DNA of 64,000 nt from Octopus vulgaris. Its lineage: Eukaryota. The notes beneath the pieces were generated by a model, which did no database searches, was not told the DNA's origin, and was given only the letters and a program-made list of their open reading frames with translations. The position numbers and the translations under genes were made by a program. Shown in pieces: positions 22,534 through 35,290 of the stretch; within the stretch, counting starts at the first letter, position 1; every line of letters begins with the position of its first letter. Location of the stretch: positions 1,488,001 through 1,552,000 of the forward strand of contig OX597816.1 in the NCBI GenBank assembly GCA_951406725.2, in the 5' to 3' direction.

Positions 22534-24272
22534 GGTGGTACACTAAGCAAAACCTTATTTGCTGCCTTTAGTTGATTGGACCCCCCCCCCCGTTTCTTTC
22601 TTCTCAAACATTTTCCTTACCATTTCCTGATTTGTTTGCAATTAAAAACTCATTAATCTGTGCCATCAGTGTTTATTGAATGGCTTCTTCTTCTTTGATC
22701 TCCTCCTCCTCCTCCTCCTCCTCTCTTGCATGAAACCAGTTCTTGTGACCTACATGTCTCCCACCTAAATCTACCATTGTTCTCCTGCAGGAGTTTAGAG
22801 GAGAAACCAGCTTGTTTAAAATCAAACAAACATAACGAATAGTTTTGCTTGTTTACAACCAGAAAATTGTTATGGGTTTTTTTTTTCTATTTTTAAAAAA
22901 AATGTTATTATAATAATGACATTGTTATCGTTTCTGTCTTGTTGTTGTTGTTGTTGTTGCCATTGTCATTTTCCTGTTGACATTATCTTAAATAGTTTTT
23001 TACTTCAATTTCTACAAACACTATTTTGAACCCACCCACCCACCCACTTGCCTGTATTTTTTTTCCCTTTTTTTCTTGTGAAAAGACCAAATCATTAACT
23101 CATCCAATTACTTCATAACCTTAATCACTCACCCATTCTAACCCACCCCACCCACCCACCATAAAAAAGGGCTGAGGCAAGCTATGTACTCTGCCTTTCA
23201 AAATAACACAGGGCGTGGCAACCCCCTCCCCTATTTCAAATGTTCATTGGTTTGGCACTAGTGAAGTTAGGTGGGGAGTGGGGGGTAAGAGTGTCTTCAT
23301 GTGGGTAATATTTTACCATTCTTTTAATTCACCATTATGATTTGGCGTCAGTCTGTGGCGTAAGTTTGCTGTTGAAATGTTTTTAAAGAATAGGGAAAGT
23401 GGGAGAGGTTTTTGCTGCACTTTGTCCTGGTGTTTTTCTTTAATTTTAAAGACCTGTTTGCCACACATCGAGAGGGCCATACCTACTTGTTATGAAAGAA
23501 CTTGGACTCATTGTTTATCAGAGTTCATTTTTCACCTTTAATTAAATAGAGGGTCTTAAAAGGTACCATGTATAGGTATGTATCAGGCTGCTTTACTCCA
23601 AATGGGTATCGGGCAATGAATTGTTTCACCTGATTGTTCCATCAATATCGATGTTGTAGAATTTTATAGGTTCCCCATATTACATTTCTTGGAATCTCAA
23701 TGAATGACAATATTCCAGGTGTTTTTCTTGTTACCCATTGTAGTATCTGATGACTAAATATGAACTGTCATTTCATTCATTAGTGCCTAACGAATTAAAC
23801 ATTTAGACACTTTCTATTCTCGTTAACCATTTTCATTACCACATTTCTGCTTCTGTTTGAATTAATTTTGAAAACAACGACAGACCTGTTGATGTTTGGA
23901 ACATAAATCAGCATTTTCTGGGAAGGTTTTGATTTAGATCATTTCAAAAGAAGCAAGTTTTTTTTATCATAGAACCAGAGACATTCACCAGGGACTCACA
24001 GAACTTGTGTCGGATGATCAAGTCATGCCATGGTTAACCTTTTTCTTACTATATTTCTGTTGAAACTAATTTTGTTTCAACAAATTTTTTAAATAATGAA
24101 GAATTTACTGAAATAACCTGTCATTATTATGATGATGTTTAGAATATAAATTCAGATGGAATTGTTTTGTTAGAATCCTTTACTTAAATTTTATCATAGA
24201 ACTTGGTATCAAAAGGGTTGCAGTGTTGAGCTTATTTGGCAAATTTTGTTTCTTCTGTGTTGTCTTCATTCT

Positions 24273-24307
<35 letters not shown>

Positions 24308-25921
24308 TATTAAGTAAGAGTCAGAAAAATGTTCCTTTAGACTAAATTCTTTAAGTGTTTGTCTTTTTGTTGACATTGTTTCCTTTCTAATGTATCAGAT
24401 TTGCATTAAGTGACAAAATATTTGCTTCCAACTCGTTTGTGTAACATTTAGAAGATTTGATAGCAGCACACTTTCAGAGCCTCTTGAAGAAGTGTTTCAA
24501 AGTGTGCTCTTGTCCCTGTCTAATGCCCTCTTAATGGTCAAGTTTTGCTGCCATCTCAGTTCTTAAGACTTGTGTCTCACTGCTTAAACAATTAAAATTT
24601 CATTGAGACAAATTCCAGCTAATTACATTTATAAGCCAGACTCTCCACAATGAGTACTATGTTGTCATGTTTTCCTATCTTATTAATTAGCACCATTCTA
24701 TATTAAAATAGCCCATCTATGTATCATATTTAATGTATGTACACAGTTGATAGGACAGTTGCTGCAGTACTTGTCCAGAGATAACAACTCTTATGGACTG
24801 AATGGATTTAAAGACAAAAAAATTCATCCCAGCAGCTGCAATGGGGAATCCCATTTTGACCTTTTGTTATTTTTATTGGTTTCAAATTTTAGTACTAGGC
24901 CAGCAATTTTGGGATAAGGGGTAAGTGAATTACCTCGACCTCAGCGATCAAATGGTTCTTATTTTATTGACCCTGAAAGGATGAAACTCAGAATCTAAAG
25001 ATAGATGAAATGCTGCTAAGTATTTTGTGTGGCATGCTAACGATTCTGCCGGCTTTCCACTTTTTTTGTTATTTATAACACCAAAGTGAATGGAGTTTGG
25101 GCCAGGAGGAACTGATGTTTTCACATGGTATCCAATAATCTTTGGGTGTTTTGACCCTGAACCTCCACAAGCTTAGATGAGAATTCTTCGTCTCTGATAT
25201 AGGAAAAATTGAATAACACAGGCAGTAACAACTGTCCTATTGGTAACGTGTATACATTATGTATGATACACAGATGACAATTTTCATTAAATAACTGCCT
25301 CAGCTGTCTTGATTGGATCATCATTTGTTATTTTATTATAGAAATAACTATGTTTATTAGTTTGATTATTGTTTTAACGAATGATTGAGATTTTACTGGT
25401 TTTATTATTGTATAATGGAGATTTTAAAATGTTTTGGGTCACAAATTATGCATTTTAAACCACCAGCCCACTAAAAATGTCAAATACTTGTTACCAAAGT
25501 CATCTTCTTCACTTTCATCATCATCATCATCGTTGTCGTCGTTTTGATGTAAATTCAATTTGTGTGTGTGTGTGTGTGTAAAATAAATTTACCTGCATTC
25601 AATTTAATTAGCTGATCTATGACCTTGCTGTACAAACAAATGACCCCTGTTGTCGGACTGTTAGGGCTCTGATCTCTTTGTAGACTCAACTGAAAAAGAC
25701 ATTTGACTAATTTCACCTGGTCATTACCAGTTTGTTAGAAATACTTAACTCATGCCTTTCAATGGTTATTTACATTTTATCCAGAACACACACACACGCA
25801 CACACACACACACGCACACAGCCTCAGTATTTTAGTTTATAAGCAGCAGTAGCAATGGCTCTATTGATATGCAAATAAGTAAAGGCACTGCACTGTCGTA
25901 AGGGGTTGTAAATTATGCACA

Positions 25922-26096
<175 letters not shown>

Positions 26097-26229
26097 CCTA
26101 ACAAAGAAAATAACTAAAAACAACCTATGGAAGTGAAACTAGTTGTTCCCTTTCATTTCATTCTTTAAAGAGATCCCACTGGTGTAACCATCAAATCTTT
26201 TTGCCTGCACGGATATACGTTGATGTCTA

Positions 26230-26491
26230 TCTCTCTCTATATAAACGGCAGTTTGTCTGTGCGTGTTTCTGTGTGTCTGTTTGCTTGTACCCTCACCCTG
26301 ACCACGGCTTTCAACCGATTCTGATGAAACTTGACACACACATAGCCCAATGTCATAATTCAAAACTAACGCAGCGAAAATTTTGAAAAGTTCCCCCAGT
26401 TCTGAAAAAAATCGATAAATTCGACATGGGGTCGAGAATCAGAAACACAAACCACAGACTGTCTAGGGGACGCAACTCGACCATTTAACTC
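26230..26491 (+). mobile_element. Helitron-like 5' fragment between 29-bp direct repeats
   Basis: Starts A|TC.. TCTATATAAA, has GTCTGT repeats and CCGATTCTGATGAAACTT as in non-autonomous Helitron 5' ends; direct repeats at 26202-26230 and 26492-26520. Confidence 0.55.
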
Positions 26492-28067
26492 TGCCTGCAC
26501 GGATATACGTTGATGTCTATTTAGAATAAAAGTCAGAACAGCATAAATCTTACATAGAGTTTGTAATTTAATTAAGCTCAACAGCTGTTTCATTAGCCAT
26601 AAACATCATTAATTCTATGGTTACATAATTAAGATACCTAATTAATTTACTTAGTTTATTTAAAAGCTGTACTTACCCATTTCATATGATTTAAATAAAT
26701 ATGGCTTTCAAATTAATTTAAATTATGTGTCTTAATTACTCTTAATTACATAATCATGAAATTGAGTGAAACGGTTGTTGAGTATAAAAAAATCATAAAC
26801 CATCAACAAAATCTATGCTTTTCTGCTTATTCTGCTCAATATTGTGGCCCTTTGAGCTCATTTTAGCTGGAAGCATATAAACCTGTCTCACTTGGATTGA
26901 CTGTAATGTAATAATGTGTTGGAGTTTAACGAGCTGTTATTAATTATGCTCTTATATTACCATGGATATATTTTTTTTTGTGCATCAATTCTGTCTATAT
27001 TGATTGATGCTTGTTTATATAATTGTTTTTGAAAATTGTATAATGAATCCATCTAGAAAATAGAATCCATCATTTATGAAAAAGCCATGAAACTCTCATT
27101 GGAACACATTATTATTTAACATGATGTCACAAGAATGGAGAGCAATCTGTACAGATTGTTATCTCCAACTAATTCCTATGCTCCATGGTGTGTCAGTGAA
27201 GGTGCGTGGGTGGCCTCATGGCTGGGCTGTTGCACTCATGATCATCATATTGTGGTTTTCCTTCTCAGAACTGGTAGAGTTTTGTGTTCTTAAACAAAAC
27301 ACTTCGTTTCACATTGCTCAGTTCACTCAACTGCAAATGATATCCAGCAGTAGATGGGAAGTTAACCCTGTGATAGACTAGCATCCCATCCAGTGGGGTA
27401 ATATTGTAGTCTCAATCACTTATATGCCATGGAAACTGGATTAATTTCTGGCCCTTATGAGCCCTATGACTCATAAGGTCCACAAGTGCCTAGAGTCACA
27501 CACACCCACACATCCAGATTAATTTCGTTGAAAGCTCATCAGATTGTGTTGCAGTCCATGCGTATGTGTATACACACACACACATACATAATCACCCATG
27601 CTAGCATGGAAGGCAGACATTCAATGATGATGATGATGATGATGAATATATATAAATCATCTGATGCCCACTTTTCCATGCTGGCATGAGTTGGTTGGTT
27701 TGACAAGAACAGACAAGCCAGAGCCCCCCCCCCCCGTTCCAATGTCTGCTTTGGCAGGATTTCTACAGCTTTATGTACATAGGCGTGTGTGTGTGTATAT
27801 ATATATTGTGTGTGTATGCATCCAGTTGTAGAAAATCTGCCTCAGCAAATTGCATTTGAGCCGTGCAAGCATGAAGAAATGGGCATTAAATGGTGGTAAT
27901 GGTGGTTATATGTATCTCTGCTAATGCTCTGTATATCCTGATCGATGTTAGGTTATCACAAGGCTTTATCTGTGTGGATCAGAAAGCAAGCAAAAGTAGT
28001 ATGTCTGCCTATGAGTTTCATGCTAATGAATTGAGAGAGAGAGAGAGAGAAAGTGAACACAATACAC

Positions 28068-28506
28068 ACACACACCTGCACGCCAACACGCTCACACACA
28101 AACACACCTGCACGCCAACACGCTCACACACACATACACACACACACCTGCACGCCAACACGCTCACACACACACACACACACACCTGCACACCAACACG
28201 CTCACACACACACACACACACACCTGCACGCCAACACGCTCACACACACACACACACACACCTGCACGCCAACACGCTCACACACACACACACCTGCACG
28301 CCAACACGCTCACACACCCACACACACACACCTGCACACCAACACGCTCACACACACACACACCTGCACGCCAACACGCTCACACACACATACACACACA
28401 CACCTGCACGCCAACACGCTCACACACACACACACACACACACGCCAACACGCTCACACACCCACACACACACACACCTGCACACCAACACGCTCACACA
28501 CACACA
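28068..28506. repeat. Minisatellite CCTGCAC(G/A)CCAACACGCTCA plus variable (CA)n
   Basis: More than ten tandem units with a constant core and variable CA spacer. Confidence 0.95.
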
Positions 28507-28907
28507 TTTAAAAGCAAAAGTATAAAGAGCCAAACAATCTACTTATATTTTCGAATATCAATTCATTTATGTGTTGTGCTGAGTATTTATCTAGCTTGGT
28601 TCACACACACACATCTAAATCAGTTTCTTAGGATTAGTTTGTGTATGTGTGTGTGTGTGTGTGCACTTTGAAAAGATAAATGAGAATTTAACAATCTCAA
28701 TTTTGTAAACTTGTAACTAAGCAATTACTAAGTAGTGACTCTACACCAGAACATCTCTGAATAAAGACTAAAGCTTAATGTTTCTGTACGGATTAGTCTT
28801 GGCTAATTCACTTTCTAGAACTTGTTTGTTTGTTTCTTTCTTTCCTTCCTAAACACGGCTCTTCATCTGTTGACAAAACTTCAGAATGGATTTCTAACTT
28901 AGCTCCG

Positions 28908-28939
<32 letters not shown>

Positions 28940-29222
28940 GACACATCCATAATCAACTTGGTAAACATGGAGAATGTATTGTGAAATCTTACAAAGCCTT
29001 TACAATGTAAAGGTGATTGAGTATGGGTGGTGGAGTGGGGGCACTTGGGGGTGGGGGTGCAGCATTGACAGTGATGATGATGATGATGATGATGATGGTG
29101 CAGATGATAAAAGAAATGGACCAAATATTTTATGGTCTGTAATTTCACACACACACACAACACATTCGGTTTTAGAAAATTACTATTTGTAAATCTCACA
29201 GTTACTATTTGTAAATCTCAGC

Positions 29223-29417
29223 AACAGTACTTTGGAGTAAAGATTGTTTGCCAACATAACATGGCAGTCCTGGTTTAGGACGAATATATAAGGACACAGA
29301 TCGTGTCGTATAGCTAGCTGAAGACGATATCTCCTGGGGCTAAATTACTGCAACATTCGTCCTAAACCAGGGCTGCCATGTCATGCTGGCAAACAATCTT
29401 TACTGCAAAGAACTGTT
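29223..29417. mobile_element. Foldback/MITE with about 62-bp imperfect terminal inverted repeats
   Basis: AACAGTACTTTGGAGTAAAGATTGTTTGCCA...AGGACGAAT pairs with ATTCGTCCTAAACCAG...TGCAAAGAACTGTT. Confidence 0.75.
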
Positions 29418-30438
29418 TTGTCTTTCTCGACACTGTTAACTAAATCTTTTGAAATTTTATTATTGTCTTTAAATATTCCGTATTGGATTTCTAATGTTTG
29501 TATGCTTGTAATTAATGCTTTCATCTACAAAAACATGCACATCATCATCGTCATCTAACGTCCTTATTCCATGCTGGCATAGGTTGGATGGTTTCACAGA
29601 ATCCAAGACTCCAGAGAACTGCACCAAGCTCCAATGTCTGTCGGGGCAGCCTCCTCCTGCTAATCACTCTTTCAAAGTAGACCAGGTGCTTTTCGCTTTT
29701 GTGACTCTGGCATTAGCGAGGCACTGAGTAACTTAGAAGACAACACACCTTAACAGAGTGTCATAGTTTTGGAAGAGGTGGTTTTTTATGCCAGGTGATG
29801 AGAGGTATGATTGGGGAACTGGTGGTGTTTTGCTGTAGAGTAGATACAAGCCTCCTCCAACAGGGGAAGCAAAGTAAATGAAACAGTTTCGTGTTCCTAT
29901 GGAAACTATAAAAATTGATGAATAAACCTAAGACCACAAAACTCTTTGATGCCACCAGAAATGCCATTGTGTCTGCCGGACACTCATTTGTCTTTTTGTT
30001 AATGAATCTATAAATTCATGTTTATCTGAAGACATATTTTGATTTGTTGTTTGACCACGTTCTGAGATTACATGGGTAAGTTATTGCAGATATTTTTAAT
30101 GGCTATAAATATGTATATTAGTTTATGAAGACACAGAATTATAAATTTTGAAAATTTCTTCAAGAGGGAGCACTATTTCTATGCAATAATGGCAGAAGTG
30201 GTTGTTTATGCCAGGTTAGGCCATGTTCTTTGTTGTGTGATGGAAATGCATTACTACCTCTTCATCACGATTTAAAGAATGCATCCCTGTCAGAGCAACA
30301 CAGTTAGTCACTGATTGAGCTGAGTGATATTTAGCTATCAGGAATTATTATTATTATTATTATTGTTATTGTTATTGTTGTTGCCTTTGCACAGCTTCTA
30401 ACGCTGGAGATGTATTACAGTGTCAGCTGTTCACTACC

Positions 30439-30839
30439 TATTTCTTTACTACACAGAGAGGACAAACAAGGACAGACAAATGGACTAAGTCGATTATATT
30501 GACCCCAGTGTATAACTGGTACTTATTTAATCGACCCCAAAAAGATGAAAGGCAAAGTCGACCTCAGCGGAATTTGAACTCAGAACATAATGACAGACAA
30601 AATACCTATTTCTTTACTACCCACAAGGGGCTAAACACAGAGAGGACAAACAAAGACAGACAAACGGATTAAGTCGATTATATCGACCCCAGTGCATAAC
30701 TGGTACTTATTTAATCGACCCCGAACGGATGAAAGGCAAAGTCGACCTCGTCAGAATTTGAACTCAGAACGTAGCGGCAGACGAAATACTGCTAAGCATT
30801 TCGCCCGGTGTGCTAACGGTTCTGCCAGCTCGCCACCTT
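30439..30839 (-). mobile_element. tRNA-headed SINE with duplicated 3' body
   Basis: Two tandem copies of TATTTCTTTACTAC..GAGAGGACAAAC..GATGAAAGGCAAAGTCGACCTC..TTTGAACTCAGAAC; family also at 7955-8150, 37180-37580, 59930-60490, 62960-63420. Confidence 0.8.
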
Positions 30840-30842
30840 AAA

Positions 30843-31430
30843 TTTTTCTGTAATTTCTTTGTCCATCAATTTATCCATTTCCTAAATCCCCAAGTACTTA
30901 TAGCCTGTCTCTTCTATCTGCTTCATAACCTCCCCCAACAGTATCGTTAGTCCATCCATACATTTGATTTTGCCTCTTTTCAAGACTAACACACCACACT
31001 TTCTCAGTCTGAACTCCATTCCGATATCAGCACTGAAGGTATACACTGTATCATCGAGGGACTGACTTGGAGCTTCATCTTTACCATAAAGTTTGAGATC
31101 ATCCATGAATAACAAATGGTTGGCTTTTTGTTGGCGGCTTTTGAATACATACCCAGCTTTTGCTTTCCTCAGAATCAGTGTCAGTGGTATCAAGCACAGT
31201 ACAAAGGTTAGTGGGGACAGGCAGTCCCCTTGAAAGATGCTCCTCCTAATATCTACTGTCCCTAAGATTCTTCCGTATGCTGTCAGGTCCGTCTTCCAAT
31301 TCGCCATCCTTTTTCCAAGCAATTACTCAACATTTGACGCAATCCCAAGTGAGTTCATACACTCCATAATGTGGGATCAAATTGTACGCCTTGTGGTAGT
31401 CGATCCATGACTTGGCTAAGTTACAGGGTA
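30843..31430 (-). mobile_element. Non-LTR retrotransposon RT fragment (R4/Dong-like)
   Basis: IFQGDCLSPL..., HLLFMDDLKLYG, DIGMEF..KC, YKYLGI motifs. Confidence 0.85.
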
Positions 31431-32102
31431 CACTCTGTAATGTGACTGGCGTTAGGAAGGGCATCTAGCTGTAGAAACCATGCCAAAGCAGACAACTAGA
31501 GCCTGGTATGGCCCCTGGCCTTGCCAGCTCCTATCAAGCCATCCAACCCATGACAGCATGGAAAGCTAAATGAGGATGAGGATGTTGCTTGTACTACAGT
31601 AACAATCCTTTACAACTATCATCTGATGTCAAGACAAAGAAGCACCCCACACAAAAACACACACACACACACATGTATATTTATATATATATTTGTCTCT
31701 CTTAGTTTTGCCAGTTGAGTAGAATATTCTTTACTGTGGAGGTGTAATAAGACCCAAACATATCCATTACTTTCATCTGTTGGCTTTAAAGAGCAGCCCT
31801 GCTTCAAAATGTCACTTGTATCTTTTCAAACTTTTCAATTGATTTTATTGGAGTTGTCCCTTCTCTCTATTGTTTCTAGATTTGAAACACTTGAAGAAGT
31901 TTTTTCAGTCCTCTGTATTGCGTATATGGGGCCTGTGTCGTACAGGGTTTCGTGTCTATAATTTCATTTGTATATTCTGTTTTGTCTTCCCTGACACTCA
32001 TAGCTAAATCTTTTGCAGTCTTTAAATAAAGTTGCCACAATGCTGTTGTTGCGTTTATATAATAACAACAACAGCAATAATAATAATGATGATAATAATA
32101 AT

Positions 32103-33165
32103 AACAAGAGCATTCAGAGAGCATGAACCTCTGCCAAGGCAACACCAACATCCTCTCAACGATTAACTGGAGAAGATTTTTAAAATGAGAACATCTGAAA
32201 TAAACGAGAATACTAAAAATGAACCTGATTGCTCCAAAAAATTAATTTAAAAAACCTATCTTAGTAGAAACTAAGATTTAAAAAAAATTTTTAAACCAGA
32301 AAAATAATCCAGAATCCTTATTCGGTACCTGATCGATCCCAATGGTAGTCATGGAATGTGAAGGTGGGTGTACGGGCCATGTTTGTAATGCTGTGTGTGT
32401 GTGTGTGTTGTCCGCATGGGAACAGGGACAGTTTTCTCTATGAAGGCCTTTTTTTTAGTCTATCCACTGATATAGTGTCTTTATGACCATTAAGGTCTAT
32501 AGTGAAAAATTTATCCGTGCATGAAAGAAAACGGAAAGGACCTGCATATGGTGCTGTTAACGGAGGTTTAACAACATAGTTGCACACAAAAAAGTAAAGA
32601 GTCCAAGAAGTAAAGCTTCCTTGAAGGCAGAGCTAGAATTGTCAAGTAGGTAAGAGGTTTTAAACAGGAGCAATATATTCAATATTGGTAAAACTAAAAA
32701 TTATCGAGGATAAATCAAATTTATTATTGTTACTGAATATGTTAGTGTTATTTAATTTCTGAACGGTTTTGCTGCTGTTTGCTTATGTAGTTTGATTTCT
32801 TTATCAGTTTCTACTAAGATAGAGACGTGAGTAAAATTGATAATAGAGAAATGAAAATAAAACTTTGGAAATAGTAACGCCACCATAACTTATGTGGAAA
32901 ACCATGAGCATGCTTTCAAGGGAGATAATCAGAGAAAGACTTGAAAGTGAAAGTAAGATCATAATGCTTCATGTAAAGTAAATATAACAAATAATCCAGA
33001 ATCCTTGTCTGGTACCATATTGATCCCAAAAATCTAATCAGTTCATGCCAGTCACAAGGCCAGACATTCCTGAAAGTTTCATCCAATGTTTCTTGAAATC
33101 TCTTGTCCATGGACAAACAAACATGACTGGAAACAAACCTCTGCCTTCGCTAAGGCAGAGGTAAT
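32103..33165 (-). mobile_element. Helentron-associated (HINE/DINE-1-like) element or two fragments of one
   Basis: Subterminal repeat ACCTCTGCC at 32127, hairpin ACCTCTGCCTTcgctAAGGCAGAGGT at 33137-33162, short AAAC repeats, internal duplicated AATAATCCAGAATCCTT block, AT-rich flanks. Confidence 0.55.
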
Positions 33166-34339
33166 GATAATAATAATGTATTGGTTGTATCCCGTTTGTG
33201 TCAGGTGAGAACTAGTTGATATTGTTGTAAATCCTATTTTCATGGCTTATCAATTGTATCTTTGGCAATATGTAGCCATTGCCCTAGCTGGCAGCATGTG
33301 AACAATTACCTTGTTCAAGAGATTTCTTGGTCTGGTGAAGAAAGCTGAAAGCCTTCCCTAATTTCCATTGACCATCAAATAAACACTTTTTCTTTCTGAC
33401 CTGCTTTGATGTGACATTTGATATAGCTACTGGTGCAGGACCTTATTGTCATTAATAAAAATAATCTTCACTTTCCTGTGTGACCGAGAAGTTCTGAGCT
33501 ACATGGTTCCAGGTTCAGTTCCAATGCATGCCACCCAGGGCTCATCAAAGCCTTGTCAATGGGTTTGGTAGGTGGAAACTCTTGTTTTGTTGTTGTTTTT
33601 TTTTTCAATTCAAAAAGCAGTGTGAGAGCAAAAGATTTGTTGACAGAAAATGTCAAGAAATGTTACCAGTTGCAGCCTACACGAGAGATTTGTAAACGTT
33701 CACTCATCATCATCATCCTGCTTGTTATTTTAACATTCACCCTGGATGGGCCAGGTGGATTCATTGGGGCAGATTTTCTCCAGCTCAATGCCCTTCTTCT
33801 CACCAACCCTCACATGTTTCTTGTAATGAACTTCACTTCTGTGGTTCTTCTTCACTGTCTTGTACTTGTTTCAGTCATTGAATCGTGGCCTTGCTGGGGC
33901 ACTACCTTGAAGGGTTCAGCTGAATAAATCAATCCCACATCTTACTTTTTTTAGTCTGGTATTCATTCTATCAGTTTCTTACGCTGAACTGCTAAGTTAA
34001 AGGGATGTCAACAAACCAACACTAGTTGTGAAGCGGTGATGGGATGGGACTCATACATCATCGTTATCATCATCCTTTAACATCCATTTTGCCATGCTGG
34101 CATGGGTTGGACAGTTTGACAAGATCTGACAAGTTGCAGGGCTGCACTGAGATGACAATCTTCTATACAATTTCCATCTACCCAATTCATTTATATGGCA
34201 TTGGTCACCTTGACCTTCCTGACCAATCTCCTTTCAGATGAAACAAGGGAATCAGTAACTGGCATTGCCACTTCAGCTGTTAAATCCTCCTCCTCAGCTG
34301 CAACACTGTAATAGTTGTATATATTAATATTTTCGCAAC

Positions 34340-35290
34340 AACTATTACTATTACACTAGTACCAATTTAGTTAGCAGGTATTTTATCTTGGCATTTGGTG
34401 ACAACAATTCTCCTCAAACCTCATGAATCTTTTTTTTTGTCGGGATTCTTGCAGAATAAAGGATGGTATTTTTCTGCAGGTTGACAATGCAAGTTTCAGT
34501 TCCAGTTTCTTTCAGTCTTTTAGGCAGCATTCTTGGTGTTGCGCCAAGTGCACCAATTCCTACAGGAATAAATGTTGTCTTGGTCTTCCACAGTCTCCCC
34601 TGCCATCATAGGGAATTTCAGAATCTATCATCTTATATGGTTTGTTCATTTTAACCTTTGTGTGTCAGTATTAGGGTCAGTGTTTGTGGGGAAATCCAAG
34701 AAGATCTTGTATCATAGCCTCTCGTTCATGTTCATACCATTTTTCTGTTGTTTTGAAGCCACATACCTGATTAACATTCCAATGCACTCTTTTGCCAACA
34801 GTCATGTTTGCACTTATACTCCTTTTATGCTAGTATACTGCACTCACTCAAAAGGTGATCGATACCTTTGGTATCCTTTCCTGCAGATTCTACAATTGCT
34901 GTCTGAGTTTTATTGATCTTTGTCTTTATCAGATTTGTTCTAAGGGCTTATTTCTAAGTGGTTTATAATGAACATTTTTTCTTCGTTTCAAGTTTTCCAT
35001 CCATTGACTTCGGTCAGTCTCTTTCACTTCCAGCATTCTCAGTTTGCTGCATGAATTGGTCAGGCAGTTCCATTTCTTTCCATTTGTTCATTCTGTTGTT
35101 CTTCCCTTTTCTCTTTGAATTCTCCATCTGTTTCAGTCCCTTTTTAGATATCTCTGGCTCTGCCTACAGTGTTCTTTCTTTACTCTGCTCAACATAATTT
35201 TCCAGACCCATTGTCGTAGTATTAATAGAGTCTTCTGTGTTTAACGATTGTCTGCTACCTTCCTTCCTTGGTAGATAGAGTCGATTGGAA
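34340..35290 (-). mobile_element. Decayed R4/Dong-like non-LTR 3' fragment
   Basis: Minus strand reads IPVGIGALGATPRMLPKRLKE...LQKNTILYSARI, the typical C-terminus of RLE-type elements. Confidence 0.7.

Noticed and set aside
28068-28506. CRISPR-like array or His/Thr-rich genes (ORFs 27890-28525, 28053-28511)
   Set aside because: The spacers are only CA tracts, the context is eukaryotic with no cas genes, and the ORFs arise from the repeat composition.
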